64,000 nucleotides of DNA from Octopus vulgaris (taxonomy: Eukaryota). Positions 1 to 12,447 of the stretch are shown here, one piece after another. A program made the position numbers and the translations under genes. Under the pieces are notes generated by a model. It saw nothing but the letters and a program-made list of their open reading frames with translations, ran no database searches and was not told where the DNA came from. Where the stretch lies: positions 168,826,001 through 168,890,000 of the forward strand of contig OX597816.1 of NCBI GenBank assembly GCA_951406725.2, in the 5' to 3' direction. Positions within the stretch are counted from its first letter, which is position 1, and each line of letters starts with the position of its first letter.

Positions 1-2300
1 ACTAAACAACACAAACCCCACTCACCCCTTCATTCTGTCCCACCCAATGCTACTACACCCACCCTCCTCCATTCCTTCCCTCTCCAATCAACTCTCCCTT
101 CATCTTCACTGCCACCCTTCCATTACTCCTACTCCCCATGCACTTCCTCCTCCCAGCCTCCCACTGCCTCTACCACTCCTCCCACAGATAACCCATCCAC
201 CTCCACCCCACTTCAGTCTGTTGTTACCATTCCTCATGATCTTCTCCTCTCTGAGATGAAGCACTCTCTTCTCAGTAGGGTTCTGTGTTTCATCCTCATC
301 CATCCATCCAGTAATGAATTTCAGACCCGTGCTGATATTCATAGCTTTGTGCGCCGTGTCAGGCTATATGCACTATTCCACAACACTCCACCTGCATCTA
401 ATGAAGAGGACTGCTTCACCGACCTGGGCCACCGACCATCCCACTGGACGCCAGCTCAATCATTTTGCAAGTATCTGCCAATATGTTGTGGACTGGTTCA
501 ACTTTTGCAGGTGTCCCCAACATCTTAACATCTTCCCGGCTGAACTCTCAGCCCTCCGATGTCTTCGACACCGCAAAGACATTATCATAAAATTGGCCAA
601 CAAGGGTGGAGCCGTGGTAGTCTGGCACACAGACCTCTACAAGGCTGAAGCTCTCTGTCAACTTCAAGACACCTCCTTCTATTGCCCTCTACTCTCTAAC
701 CCCACGCCTAACTACCAACAGACTGTGTCCTCCGCTATCTATGACCTCATTTCCTCCTCTCATCTCCCTCCAACCTCATTGTCCGCACTCCAAGCACCCC
801 TACAATTTACTTCCTTCCTAAAATCCACAAGCCCAACAACCCTGGCCACCCCATCGTTTCCACCTGCAACTACCCTGTGGAATTGATCACCAAGTACCTC
901 GACCGTGACCTTGCCCTTCTAGTGGCTTCCCTCCCTTCCCACATCCACGACACTAACCATGCTCTCTATTTCTTTAACTCTTTCTCCTTTCCTTCTGGTC
1001 CCTCTAAACTTCTCTTCACTATTGATATCAAGAGTTTATATAGAGTGATCCCACACAACGAAGAACTTCTTGCATTGAAACACTTTCTGGACTTTTGACC
1101 CAACCCCCAACTTGACACCTCCACACTTCTTTGTCTGGCCGAAATTGTTCTCTCCCTCAACTGCTTCTCGTTCACGGGAGATTTTTTACCAACAGGTCTT
1201 GGGAGTGGCCATGGGAACGAGAACGGGCCCAATTATACGAACCTGTTCATTCGCTACGTTGAGGTCCAAATATTCTCACAATTCGTTATATTGATGACTG
1301 TATCGGTGCGACCTCATACTCCCGTGAACAACTAGATTCCTTCCATCCTGCCCTCGAATTCTCCTTCACTATTTCTAACTCTTCCGTGGCATTTCTTGAC
1401 ATTTCTGTTAGTATACACTGCTCCGCTCTCACTACCTCCATACCGACTTAGACTCATACCTCAACTTCTCCTCCTCCCACCCAAACCACACCAAGCTCTC
1501 CATCCCCTACTCCCAATTCTTCCGTCTGCACAGGCTGTGAAGTGATGACCATGACTGAAACTCAGTCTCAACTCATAGCTCGCCACTTCACCCTTCATGG
1601 ATATCCCCTCACCACTATTCACACTGCCCTCACCAGAGCACACTCCGTGGACTGTGCCTCTGCTCTCTCACTGCACCTGCCCCATCTCCCCTCACATACC
1701 ACCCTTACCCTCCAATGCACCAATCTCCGAGTCTTCCAGTGATTCCAGTCCGACCCTCCACCTCACACATCTTCTACAACCTACCCCTTCCCTCCTTCAA
1801 ACGAGCCCACAACCAGCGTAACCTCCTGGTCCAGTTTCTTCCTTAACCCCTCCTCCCAACCTGGTTAGTTCCCCTACTCCCATCCATGTTGCCGTACTTT
1901 CCCCTACTTCTCCAACACCACCCTCCTCACAGGCACCCATCATCATCCCTATCATATTACAAACTCCCTTACCTGCACTTCCAGTAACATCGTTTACTGC
2001 AGCTCCTGCTCTTCCCTGTGCATCAATTAAACGGGACACCACTTGGATGTCTCGGAAATGCTCTGCAAACCTGTCATCTAACTCGACAATGACACCCTGG
2101 TCTCGTGCCATTTCTGCTCTACTGGTCATTCACTACAACATCTGTCTGTGTTCGGATTGTCTTTGCACAGAGGCCATCCGGACTCCCGTCTTCGCTGTGA
2201 ACAATAATTAATTTTCTCTCTTTGCTCCTTTGCACCACATGAGTTCAACTCCCCTCCTCTCTTCATCTAACATTCACTTCCTCTCTTCATTCTTACCCAC
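1..2300 (+). mobile_element. Penelope-like retroelement relic (RT + GIY-YIG), frameshifted
   Basis: Fragments KLANKGGAVVVW, LLFTIDIKSLY..IPH, QQVLGVAMGT, RYIDD, FLDISV and CTSSNIVYC in order across several frames. Confidence 0.85.
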
Positions 2301-2753
2301 CTCCTCTCTTCCTTCATACCCCACCCTACCCTAACCTAACTAGAAGTCCTTGTTATCTCAACAGAATAAATCAAAAGCAACTATTGTTACATTTTAAGAG
2401 AATTTCATGAATCAGCTGTGAGTGCAAATTAGATGTCATTGGAAAGCACCAAACCTATGTGGTCACTAGAAATGGCAGCTGCATCACCCTCAAACCAGAG
2501 CTTACAGCTTACTATCTTAGCTAACAAAACAGACTGGATAATGTAGTCTGAAATTGACTACTGCTGAAAAAAAAAAAAAGGTCATGGCTTCAATGCTCTT
2601 GGCCATAGGCCTTTTCAATCAGAGCTGACTTTGTCGCTAAATAACAACATAGGACATATATAACTAATGATATTTCTAATCTAGGGGAGTTTAACAATTC
2701 TTAAGACTTTCATTATAAAACCATCCATTAGAGAGAAGATATAAAAATTTAAG

Positions 2754-3123
2754 GTGGAGGCGCAATGGCCCAGTGGTTAGGGCAGCGGACTCGCGGTTTC
2801 GATTCCCAGACCGGGCGTTGTGAGTGTTTATTGAGCGAAAACACCTAAAGCTCCACGAGGCTCTGGCAGGGGGTGGGTGGCGATCTCTGCTGTACTCTCT
2901 CACCACAACTTTCTCTTACTCTTACTTCCTGTTTCTGTTGTACCTGTATTTCAAAGGGCCGGCCTTGTCACTCTCTGTGTCACGCTGAATATCCCCGAGA
3001 ACTACGTTAAGGGTACACGTGTCTGTGGAGTGCTCAGCCACTTACACGTTAATTTCACGCGCAGGCTGTTCCGTTGGGCGGATCAACCGGAACCCTCGTC
3101 GTCGTAACCGACGGAGTGCTTCC
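2754..3123 (+). mobile_element. tRNA-derived SINE, family A, tail type 1
   Basis: A box TGGCCCAGTGG, B box GTTTCGATTCC; 13-bp TSD ATAAAAATTTAAG (2741-2753, 3124-3136); matches 20478-20872. Confidence 0.9.
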
Positions 3124-3916
3124 ATAAAAATTTAAGTTCTATAGCAAATTCGAAGCAGTCCCTATATAATTCAAGACATCCTTTTATAACTAAAAACAGA
3201 TCTTAAATACAGATTCTGAATGGGTGAGGGATTTGAATTATAATTAATTAGAACACTGATTATTGTTTTTATGCACAAATATAAGTAATTAATAATCATG
3301 CACAAACTGCTCAAATAGTGATAGAGTAAATACTGTTATTCAGTAAAATCTTGTTTGTAAGTGGTTCTGCGAAAGGGCTCTACATTCTTGATGAATAACT
3401 AAGTTTAAAATTCTATATTTATGACTGCATCATACATTGTAAGCTGAAATAGCAAATATAGACTTGGCCTTAATGTTCCTGCATGGCTTTGACCTTGGAC
3501 AAAAATTCATCTATACAAACTCAAATTTAAAAGTCATTAGGATTTTTTCTTTTACTCTGTGAGAAGTTGATATGGCTAAAGTTAGGAGGAATGGAAGTGC
3601 CCATGATGTTCTAAGGCCCTCCAAGATTGGTCAGATTAAGGTTCAGTTTGAACCCCCACATAGTTTAGGGTTAACACCATGAGATGGAAAAATTAGGAAA
3701 AGTGGTTAGTGCAAGATGTGGATTAGAAGAATGCTGAGTTCGGTGATCTCACATGGACTTCCTTTAAAAATATATTATCAGTGAATGGTTGCATAAATGA
3801 AGATGAAGAGAACACAGAAACTATCTTTTACAACACTGTCACAAAGTAATCAATCTGAAAGATTCCAGTCAGGGAAAAAGGAAAAAAAAAAATTACATAA
3901 ACATACAAACATATAT

Positions 3917-4218
3917 CACCGTGACCGACCAGGCTATCAGATGTTGCTACACACCACTGGTCACAATGCGCTTTACATTGTTTTAGCCTTCAAATGATGC
4001 CACCCTGCTGGCTAAGCGAGCAGGCCAACAGAAGAAAGAATGAGAGAAAATTGTGGCAAAAGAGTACAGCAGGGATCGCCACCACCCCTTGCCGGAGCCG
4101 CATGGAGCTTTAGGCATTTTTGCTCAATAAACACTCACAACGCCCGGTCTGGGAATCGAAACCGCGATCCTACAACCGTGAATCCGCTGCCCTAACCACT
4201 GGGCCATTGCGCCTCCAC
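3917..4218 (-). mobile_element. tRNA-derived SINE, family A head with a different 3' tail
   Basis: Same head as the 2754 copy; 12-bp TSD ACAAACATATAT (3905-3916, 4219-4230). Confidence 0.9.
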
Positions 4219-4443
4219 ACAAACATATATAAACCTACATAATTTATCAGTTAACATGTCATCCATGCTGGCATGGGTTGGATGGTTTGAGTAGATCAAA
4301 TGAATCGGAGGACTCTGTCATGTTTCACGTCTGCTTTAGTATGATTTCTATAGCTGGTTACCTTCCCTAGAAGATTAGGGATAGAAAATTGGGAATAGTG
4401 GGTTGCAAGAGTGAGAGATGGTTAAAGATGGGGCAAGGTTAGA

Positions 4444-4860
4444 GGCGGTGAGCTGGCAGAAACGTTAGCAGGCCAGGCGAAATGTGTAGTCGTATTTCGT
4501 CTGCCGTTACGTTCTGAGTTCAAATTTCGCCGAGGTCGACTTTGCTTTTCATCCTTTCGGGGTCGATTAAATAAGTACCAGTTACGCAGTGGGGTTGATG
4601 TAATCGACTTAATCCCTTTGTCTGTCCTTGTTAGTCCTCTCTGTGTTTAGTCCATTGTGGGTAGTAAAGAAATAGGTATTTCTTCTGCCGTTATGTTCTG
4701 AGTTCAAATTCCGCCGAGGTCGACTTTGCCTTTCATCCTTTCGGGGTCGATAAATTAAGTACCAGTTACACACTGGGGTCGATGTAAATCGACTTAATCC
4801 CTTTGTCTGTCCTTGTTTGTCCCCTCTGTGTTTAGCCCATTGTGGGTAGTAAAGAAATAG
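4444..4860 (+). mobile_element. SINE family C (Nin/Deu-like core) with tandem duplication of the 3' part
   Basis: GGCGGTGAGCTGGCAGAAAC head; core TTTCATCCTTTCGGGGTCGAT occurs twice; CAAGGTTAGAG on both flanks. Confidence 0.85.
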
Positions 4861-5046
4861 GGACAAGGTTAGAGAGGGTGTAGTGAATGGTGAAGAAAGA
4901 TAGAGTTGTGCTTCATGGCAAATAAGTTGCAGGGATGGCAGTGGGGAAAGATGTGATGACTGGCGGTCATGTAGCACAAAAAAAAAAAATTAATAATTAT
5001 ATCCCTCTATGTATGTTGCCATTTGTATAAATTTATTTATATTCAT

Positions 5047-5455
5047 ACTTTTTTACTTGTTTCAGTCATTTGACTGTGGCCATGCTGGAGCACCGCATTT
5101 AGTCGAGGAAATCGACCCCAGGACTTATTCCTTGTAAGCCTAGTACTTATTCTATCGGTCTCTTTTGCCGAACCGCTAAGTAACGGGGACGTAAACACAC
5201 CAGCATCGGTTGTCGAGCGATGGGGATGGGGTGTGGACAAACACAACACATAAACATACACACATATATATATATACATATATACGACGGGCTTCTTTCA
5301 GTTTCCGTCTACCAAATCCACTCACAAGGCTTTGGTCGGCCTGAGGCTATAGTAGAAGACACTTGCCCAAGGTGCCACGCAGTGGGACTGAACCCGGAAC
5401 CCGGAACCATGTGGTTCGTAAGCAAGCTGCTTACCACACAGCCACTCCTACGCCT
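5047..5455 (-). mobile_element. SINE family B (tRNA head, CORE-like segment, internal TA/TG microsatellite)
   Basis: Matches about 10 other copies in the window; tail ATGACTGAAACAAGTAAAA. Confidence 0.9.
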
Positions 5456-7140
5456 GTGTATAAAATATAAACGTATGATAATAAAAAAAATCTGAAAATG
5501 CAGTAAAAGAGATATGAAGATTAACATCAGTATTACATTTTTTCTTCCCTTTTCTTTTTTTAAGAATAGCATGCTGGCAATAAATTTTCTGAAATCTATA
5601 AAGAAATAAAATATTAAAAAGAATGCTTTATTATTACACCATCTTGTACGAAGAAAAATATTGGAAAGTTAAAAAAAAAAAAAGATTAAATATTGGCAAC
5701 AAAGGATTATTATGTATAAAAAAAATTGTTGCATTTCTTCATGAACAAATGCAGCAAATTTTTAACAACACTCATTAATCTAATGCAAGGCACTGTATGA
5801 GATATAAGTCAACATATAACTAATACCATTCTTGCTTGTCCCTTATCACTATATATGTTGTGCTTGGTGTTTCTATTTGTATCAGTGTTCTTTCTTAAGA
5901 AATAAATCAAACTATAAGCATGTATGCATGTTACAGTTTGTAGCTAATGGAGGCAATTATTTCAAGCAATTTTTTTTTTAAATGAACAGTCATATTAAAA
6001 GGGAAAAAATCATAATTATTGCAGTTTTTCTTCCCTTCGTAAGTTTAACATTTTCTCACAGTGTTGGACAAAATATGTACTGATTAAATAGTCCAGATGC
6101 TTGAGAATAATGAAGATCATGAAATTTGGAAAGATAAGAAATAACATCTTTTTGACAACACACATACTCTGCTTTATGGATATACTATTCTTATACACAT
6201 AAAGACACACACATGCACACACAACACACATTGCACACATAACAGACATTGCAGAAGTATTATGTATAGCTTTCGAATGCATTTCAAAGAAATGAAACAA
6301 ATTAAGTTTTTCTCTTCAAAGAATTTTAAGAAAATAGGCAAAAACTCTCTTTAGTATTTTCTATGAAACGAGAGGAAAAATCTAATTGATGAAAATTTTT
6401 CTTTTAGGGCAGTTCATGAATTTTTATTATAAATATTTAGTAATGCTATACCAAAACTATTATATATTGATGAGCATGGACTTTGAGATCATGTTTGTAC
6501 AAAACAGCAAATAAAGAAAAAAAATAAAAGTAAATACCATGTTTACCCTATGGAACTGATTTCGAAATTGGTTTCCAAACTGTTACAAATTTACATGTAA
6601 ACTAAAACTATTTCAACTTTATAGATTTAGTAGGTTATATTTGGACTACAATACAGAATTAATAGCATAATGCATGTGTGGTACTCAACTTTTTTGGGTT
6701 TTTTTCCTTGTTTGTCCACATACACCCACTAACATTTCATAGGCAGATTGTTTTTAAAAGGATGAAAGAGAGTGAGAGAGAGAGAGAGTGTGTGACTACA
6801 ACATTCTTAAATATCAGCCTTTTATATCTAAATTTCATCACTAATTTTTAATTTATATAAACAATCTGCACCAAAACAGTTCTTGTTGAACCCACACCAA
6901 TGCAGCTTTTGCACAACTTACACTGACATAGTTCTTACACAACTTACATTAGCACAACTCTTGCACAATCCACACTAATGCTGACTTTTAAAAAAGTCAA
7001 CAAAATAAAATTTAGATTGGTGTATATATATATATATATATATATGATAATAATAATGAAAATAATCTTATGAGGGAATATTATTCCAAACTTACAGGGA
7101 AAAATTCAATTTAGAAATACTAAATCAAATTTCACAAAAT

Positions 7141-7420
7141 ATAATATATATATATATAAATTAGAAAAGAAACCCACTTTTTATCAATTCAATAATGAAA
7201 AATTAAATTATACCATTTAGAAAAATTACATATTATAGAAAGATTAAATATATATGCTTTATTTATTATTTTGCACATTACTTAATCATCGTTATATGTT
7301 TTATCTTATATTTAATCTTTCTATATATGTAATTTTTCTAAATGGTATAATTTAATTTTTCATTATTAAATTAATAAAAGGTGTTTTTTTTCTAATTTAT
7401 ATATATATATATATATATAT
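7141..7420. repeat. AT-rich inverted repeat, about 105-bp arms, flanked by (TA)n
   Basis: 7157-7252 is the approximate reverse complement of 7307-7400. Confidence 0.8.
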
Positions 7421-7771
7421 AAAACTTGGTATAGAACTACCTACATTTTCCGCTGAGTATGTATTAGCTAAATCACTAGTAGCAGGTATACCATACGTTT
7501 ATGAACAGACTTCAAATAAAAATTCAGATCCCAAGCAGGAAGTTTTAAAGAGAAAAATGTGGATCTGATGTCATTAAAACATTAAAAGGTTGCTATAAGT
7601 CCACAAACAAAAAACTAAGAACTTAGAAAACTGGTGATTATTTGTGACAGCTAAAAAAGCAAAAAAAAAAAAAAAAAAAAACTGGTACAGTTCTTAAAAA
7701 CCAGCTCTGCTACAAATATCTCTACCAGCACATTTTATAAATAGATCCATAAATGACTTGAAACCTAATAA

Positions 7772-7987
7772 ATATTCTGTTGTGTCTGGGGAGAGTCATT
7801 CTCTTTTAGTGCCTTATTATTTAACACACTCACTGGTAAAATTTCCACTTATTTCTTATTTTTATTTTTTTTTTTAAATAAAGAAAAAAAATAGAAAATG
7901 AAAATAAGAAATAAGTAGAAATTTTACCGGTGAGTGTGTTAAATAATAAGGCACTAAAAGAGACTCTCCCCAGACACAACAGAATAT
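7772..7987. mobile_element. Palindromic MITE-like element, about 95-bp arms
   Basis: ATATTCTGTTGTGTCTGGGGAGAGTC...GACTCTCCCCAGACACAACAGAATAT; one arm recurs at about 57366-57455. Confidence 0.8.
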
Positions 7988-8682
7988 GCTTCAACACACA
8001 AATTCATATAAAGAATCTTGCAAACCAAATCTAATAAATATTGAAAATAAAATATTTTCATTTTTACTATTTGGTAACAAATTATCAAACTAGAATTATT
8101 GTGAGTTTTTCTATCAGTGACTGTCTGAATAACTTCCACATATCTCTCCGACACTGGGTATTGTATGTCACTCACCATTGGTGGGTTGATCTTTGTTTGC
8201 ATGGTGTGTGTTGGAAGGGGGTGGGGATTATACATTCAACTTTTGGCCTTCAGATCATGCCATTTACAGCATCCACTGACAGGTTCAATTATATTTCCCA
8301 TGCTTCCTTCACTACGGGGAATTACCTAAATGATGGCTAGTATACCTCACATTGTCGTGCAGTTACTGTTTACATCTCGTTCAGAGATTTATTATTGCTG
8401 TCTATCCTTTATTCTTCTTTAATTCTTTCATTACCCTACCTATTATTGCTCCACCATTGAAAAATAACCAAACCTTCTGAGACCACCTGATTTACCTATT
8501 CAGGTTTAAATCAAAATATCAACATAAATCTTATTATTGCATTACTAATGTAATTTCATTACATTAGTAATGCAGTACATCAGCTGACAGCTCTTTGACA
8601 TGATTTTGAGTTTTCCAAAAATATTTCGCCAATTTTTTTTTTCTGTAAAATCCTTCCGTTTGATAAAATTATATAAGCATAT

Positions 8683-9466
8683 AGGTGCAGGAGTGGTTGT
8701 GTGGTAAGAAGCTTGCTTTCCAACCACATCGTTCTGGGTTCAGTCCCACTGCATGGCACCTTGGGCAAGTGTCTTCTACTATAGCCTAGCCTCAGGCTTA
8801 CCAAAGCCTTGTGAGTGGGCTTGGTAGACAGATACTGAAAGTTGCCCGTCATATATATATATATATATGTATATAGGCGCAGGAGTGGATGTGTGGTAAG
8901 TAGCTTGCTTACCAACCACATGGTTCTGGGTTCAGTCCCACTGCATGGAACCTTGGGCAAGTGTCTTCTGCTATAGCCCCGGGCCGACCAAAGCCTTGTG
9001 AATGGATTTGGTAGACGGAAACTGAAAGAAGCCTGTTGTATATATGCATATATATGTGTGTGCGTGTATGTTTGTGTCTGTGTTTGTCCCCCTAGCATTG
9101 CTTGACAACCAATGCTGGTGTGTTTATGTCCCCGTCATTTAGCAGTTCGGCAAAAGAGACCGATAGAATAAGTACTGGGCTTACAAAGAATAAGTCCCCG
9201 GGTCGAGTTGCTCGATTAAAAGCGGTGCTCCAGCATGGCCACAGTCAAATGACTGAAACAAGTAAAAGAGTATATATATACACACACACACATATCTATG
9301 TGTGTGTGTCTTTCTGTCTGTGTTTGTCCCCACCATCACAGCCTGACAACCAGTGTTGGTGTGTTTACGTGAGGTAACTTAGCAGAAGTACTGGGGTTGA
9401 CTAAAAATTTCAGTTGGTGCCCCAGCATGACCGCAGTCTAATGACTGAAACAAGTAAAAGTTAAAA
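8683..9466 (+). mobile_element. Cluster of SINE family B: 5' half (8683-8850), full copy (8875-9270), 3' fragment
   Basis: Direct similarity to other family B copies. Confidence 0.88.
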
Positions 9467-11294
9467 GATCAGATTATTCACAGCAACTTTATATATAATT
9501 TTTGAATGCAGCAAATAAATAAATTAATCAATGAAGCCTAACATAGTGTGAACTCTGAAGTATATAAGCAATGTCAGAAAGCAAGAATTTCCAGAAAGTG
9601 AATGACTTTCCTAAATTTCTACAAGAAACAGGACTCAATCGGTCATCCTTATAACTCAAACCCCTTTGACTAGTTACTTTTATTCATATGACTGTTCTAT
9701 ACAGTAATGGCAGAGGCTAATCACTATACAAAATGTGAAGAAAGGAGAAAGAACATATTGGGTGAAATAAGGGCATTTCTGCTACATAATAAACTGTATT
9801 ATATTATATACTATACAACATAACTATTTTATATCATGATGTTTGAACAAAATTTAGATTTTACTTGTATTTAATTAGATTGCATTCAAAACACCACGTT
9901 TAATATATTAGTAAATATAAAAGTTATAGTTGTTCTATGAAACCTGTCTAAACACATGATTATTTTAGGAATTAACTGAAACCTAAGGGAATGTCTATTA
10001 GAAATTATTTGTAATAAAAGAGTAAACTTCCCACATACAACTTATATGCTCACACTATCGTTAATGACTTCATAAACAAGGATTTTAAGAACATATTTCA
10101 TTGGTGTTTTTTTTATATATATAAATTTCTCAATCCTGTTAGAAACAAGGGATTTTGTTAAAATCAGTTAGTCCGGTACAAAAAAAAAAAAAATCCTAAA
10201 TGTACAACTATTTCAGGAATTTGAATGACATTTACTGATATGATAAAATGTGAATTGATGAACATGGTGAACATAGCTTTTACTTGTTATTGATTTTTTT
10301 TTTCCCTACTGTCAGGTCCTTTCACTTGCCAAGGTAGGAAGAACAGAGGTGAAGTTGATTAAATATGCTTTCACACACACACACAAAATACTGATTCCTG
10401 TCTACTGGTTTTCTAATTAAATCATTTATAAATATATAATTACAAATGAATAAATCATTAAATAATACTACTGAATTCTAACTCACTGCTTGAGATACTA
10501 ATTGCCATTAAGCCTTAAAATTGAAAGAAGAAAAAATCTGAGAAATTTATTTAACAAAATACAAAGATAAACACGTGATCAAATAGGAAGGCTTTTAACA
10601 GAAAGTTACTTCTAAAATGAAGCTAAACTTTGTTTCTTGCAAAGAAAAGTGCTTAGTTCCAGCTTTTGGGGATATTTTTTAATTCTATAAACAACAATAC
10701 TAGTTAAACTGTGGTTTCATGCAATTCAAAAACAGATATCTGTGGTCTGAGACTTTAAGAGTTAACACAACAATCACTACACGTATCAAAGAAAGTCTTG
10801 TATCTCACACAACTAAATTCATTTCAAGTGTGAGATTTCAGAATTTCTTATCTCTCATACCAATTCCACATATTTAACGTTGCTGAAAGTGCATCACAAA
10901 GACTAGTACTCCACTTTCAGCACTGCTCAGTTGCGAAATGTTTACAAAGAACAAGTAAGATGACCCATACTGTCATATTGCTTGCACATATGGGACAGTG
11001 TTACTATATGTACAAGGATCCTGAACCACATGATTGACAAACATGTAAACATAATTTCAAGCACTGGTTTACAGACTAGCTTTTTCTTCATTCTGACTCT
11101 TCTACTGCCACTGTAGCAACCTTTTATCCCTCTAAACTATTTAGTGGCAATGAAGACCTCCTATATTCAAGCTGACCCAACATTCATACAACTTCTTTTG
11201 TTATCTTTACTGTGTCTCCATGCCCAGGTACTTTGTCTCCAGAATTGTATCCCCCAGGAATCCTTTGCCTCTGTTTGTTTTTCTCAATAGAATA

Positions 11295-11375
11295 TCAACA
11301 AACTGAACAACAACTACTCTGATCTTGCAGGACAGATACGGCCTGGAAGGTGATGGCACTGCCCTCCTCCTTTAA
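11295..11375 (-). CDS. Candidate alternative terminal exon of the Hippo gene (LKEEGSAITFQAVSVLQDQSSCCSVC*)
   Basis: Acceptor ctttttgtttgtttttataatgtAG (AG at 11377-11376); open in phase 0; AATAAA at 10551-10546; no homology support seen. Confidence 0.3.
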   Translation of the reverse strand, partial: LKEEGSAITFQAVSVLQDQSSCCSVC

Positions 11376-11559
11376 CTACATTATAAAAACAAACAAAAAG
11401 ACATATTTAACACCAAACCATATTTAGAATTAAAAAAAAAAATAACAGCATTAACAACAATAAAAATCTCAACTAGTAAGTTAGGTGATCAGCTGTAATA
11501 AGATTCATCGCTGACAGATTCAAGGATAAAAAAAAATCAAATACTAGTGGGGAAAATGG

Positions 11560-12410
11560 GGATCTTTTCCTTTTGAACAGCAGATCAAGAAATTAATTTT
11601 TTGTAACTAAATACTATCAAACTTCGGACACTGGTAGGATGTGTCATATAAAACATCTTTTACTTTTAGTGTTGTTGAGAAAAGTTTATATTTTCAAAGT
11701 TATTTCGTGTTAAAGTTGTCATATTTCGGTAATTTCAACCAATCAATGACGTGTATTCAGCTGAATAAAATTACTGCTGTTGTTTGGCAACAACAACACT
11801 CAGTGATGTATATTTCGTTTGTCACTGTTATTTATGACATATTTCGTGCGTTTGTACTGGTTTTAGCTTTAGGGTGTTAGGGTGTTAGGGTGTTAGGGTT
11901 AGGGTTTTAGAGTTAGGGTGTTAGGGTTACAGTTATGGAAAAAAGTGAAAAACGAAGAAATTGGAGGAGGAGGGGTAGGAGAGCCAAAAAGTCTTTCCAA
12001 AAATAATAGCTGAAAAACAAGAAAAAAAAAACAAACTAAAAGCAGAAGAAATGCATGAACGATTGTGGTAGTGCCATGAAGTAAACATGCTTCAGATACA
12101 CTCGTTTATTCATACAAACGTAACTGAGATGAAATATGTCATAAATAACAGTGACAAACAAAATATATACCGCCGGTAGTTGTTGTTGACAAACAACAAC
12201 ATTAATTTTATTCAGCTGAATACACGTCATTGATTGGTTGAAATTACCGAAATACGTCAACTTTAACACGAAATAACTTTGAAAATATAAATTTTTCTCA
12301 ACAACACTAAGAGTAAAAGATGTTTTATATGACACATTCTAACACTGTCTGGAAGTGTTTAGTTACAAAAAATTTAATTTTTCGATTTGCTGTTAAAAGG
12401 GTAAAGATCC
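11560..12410. mobile_element. Long-TIR MITE with GGATC termini and internal TTAGGG-type repeats
   Basis: About 285-bp inverted arms; flanks GAAAATGG/AAAAATGG (8 bp, one mismatch); related to 36629-37424. Confidence 0.88.
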
Positions 12411-12441
12411 AAAAATGGGTAATGGGGAAATTGAAAAAATA

Positions 12442-12447
12442 TTTATT
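12442..12447 (-). promoter_or_regulatory. Candidate poly(A) signal for the SARAH-exon isoform
   Basis: TTTATT on plus = AATAAA, about 1.5 kb after the stop; the hexamer is common in AT-rich DNA. Confidence 0.3.

Noticed and set aside
2323-2340. CCCTACCCTAACCTAAC at the end of the Penelope relic
   Set aside because: Too short and imperfect to indicate telomere targeting in C-rich sequence.
2754-2815. tRNA-like sequences here and at 20478, 36000 and 55847
   Set aside because: Acceptor stems are imperfect and the sequences run into repeat bodies, so they are SINE heads, not tRNA genes.
8272-8320. Possible hammerhead remnant on the minus strand (GTGAAGG...GAACCTGTC-AGTGGA)
   Set aside because: Too many core mismatches to support.
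8580-9377. Recurrent ORFs MLGGQTQT... and MTTDAGVF...
   Set aside because: Translations of SINE family B copies.
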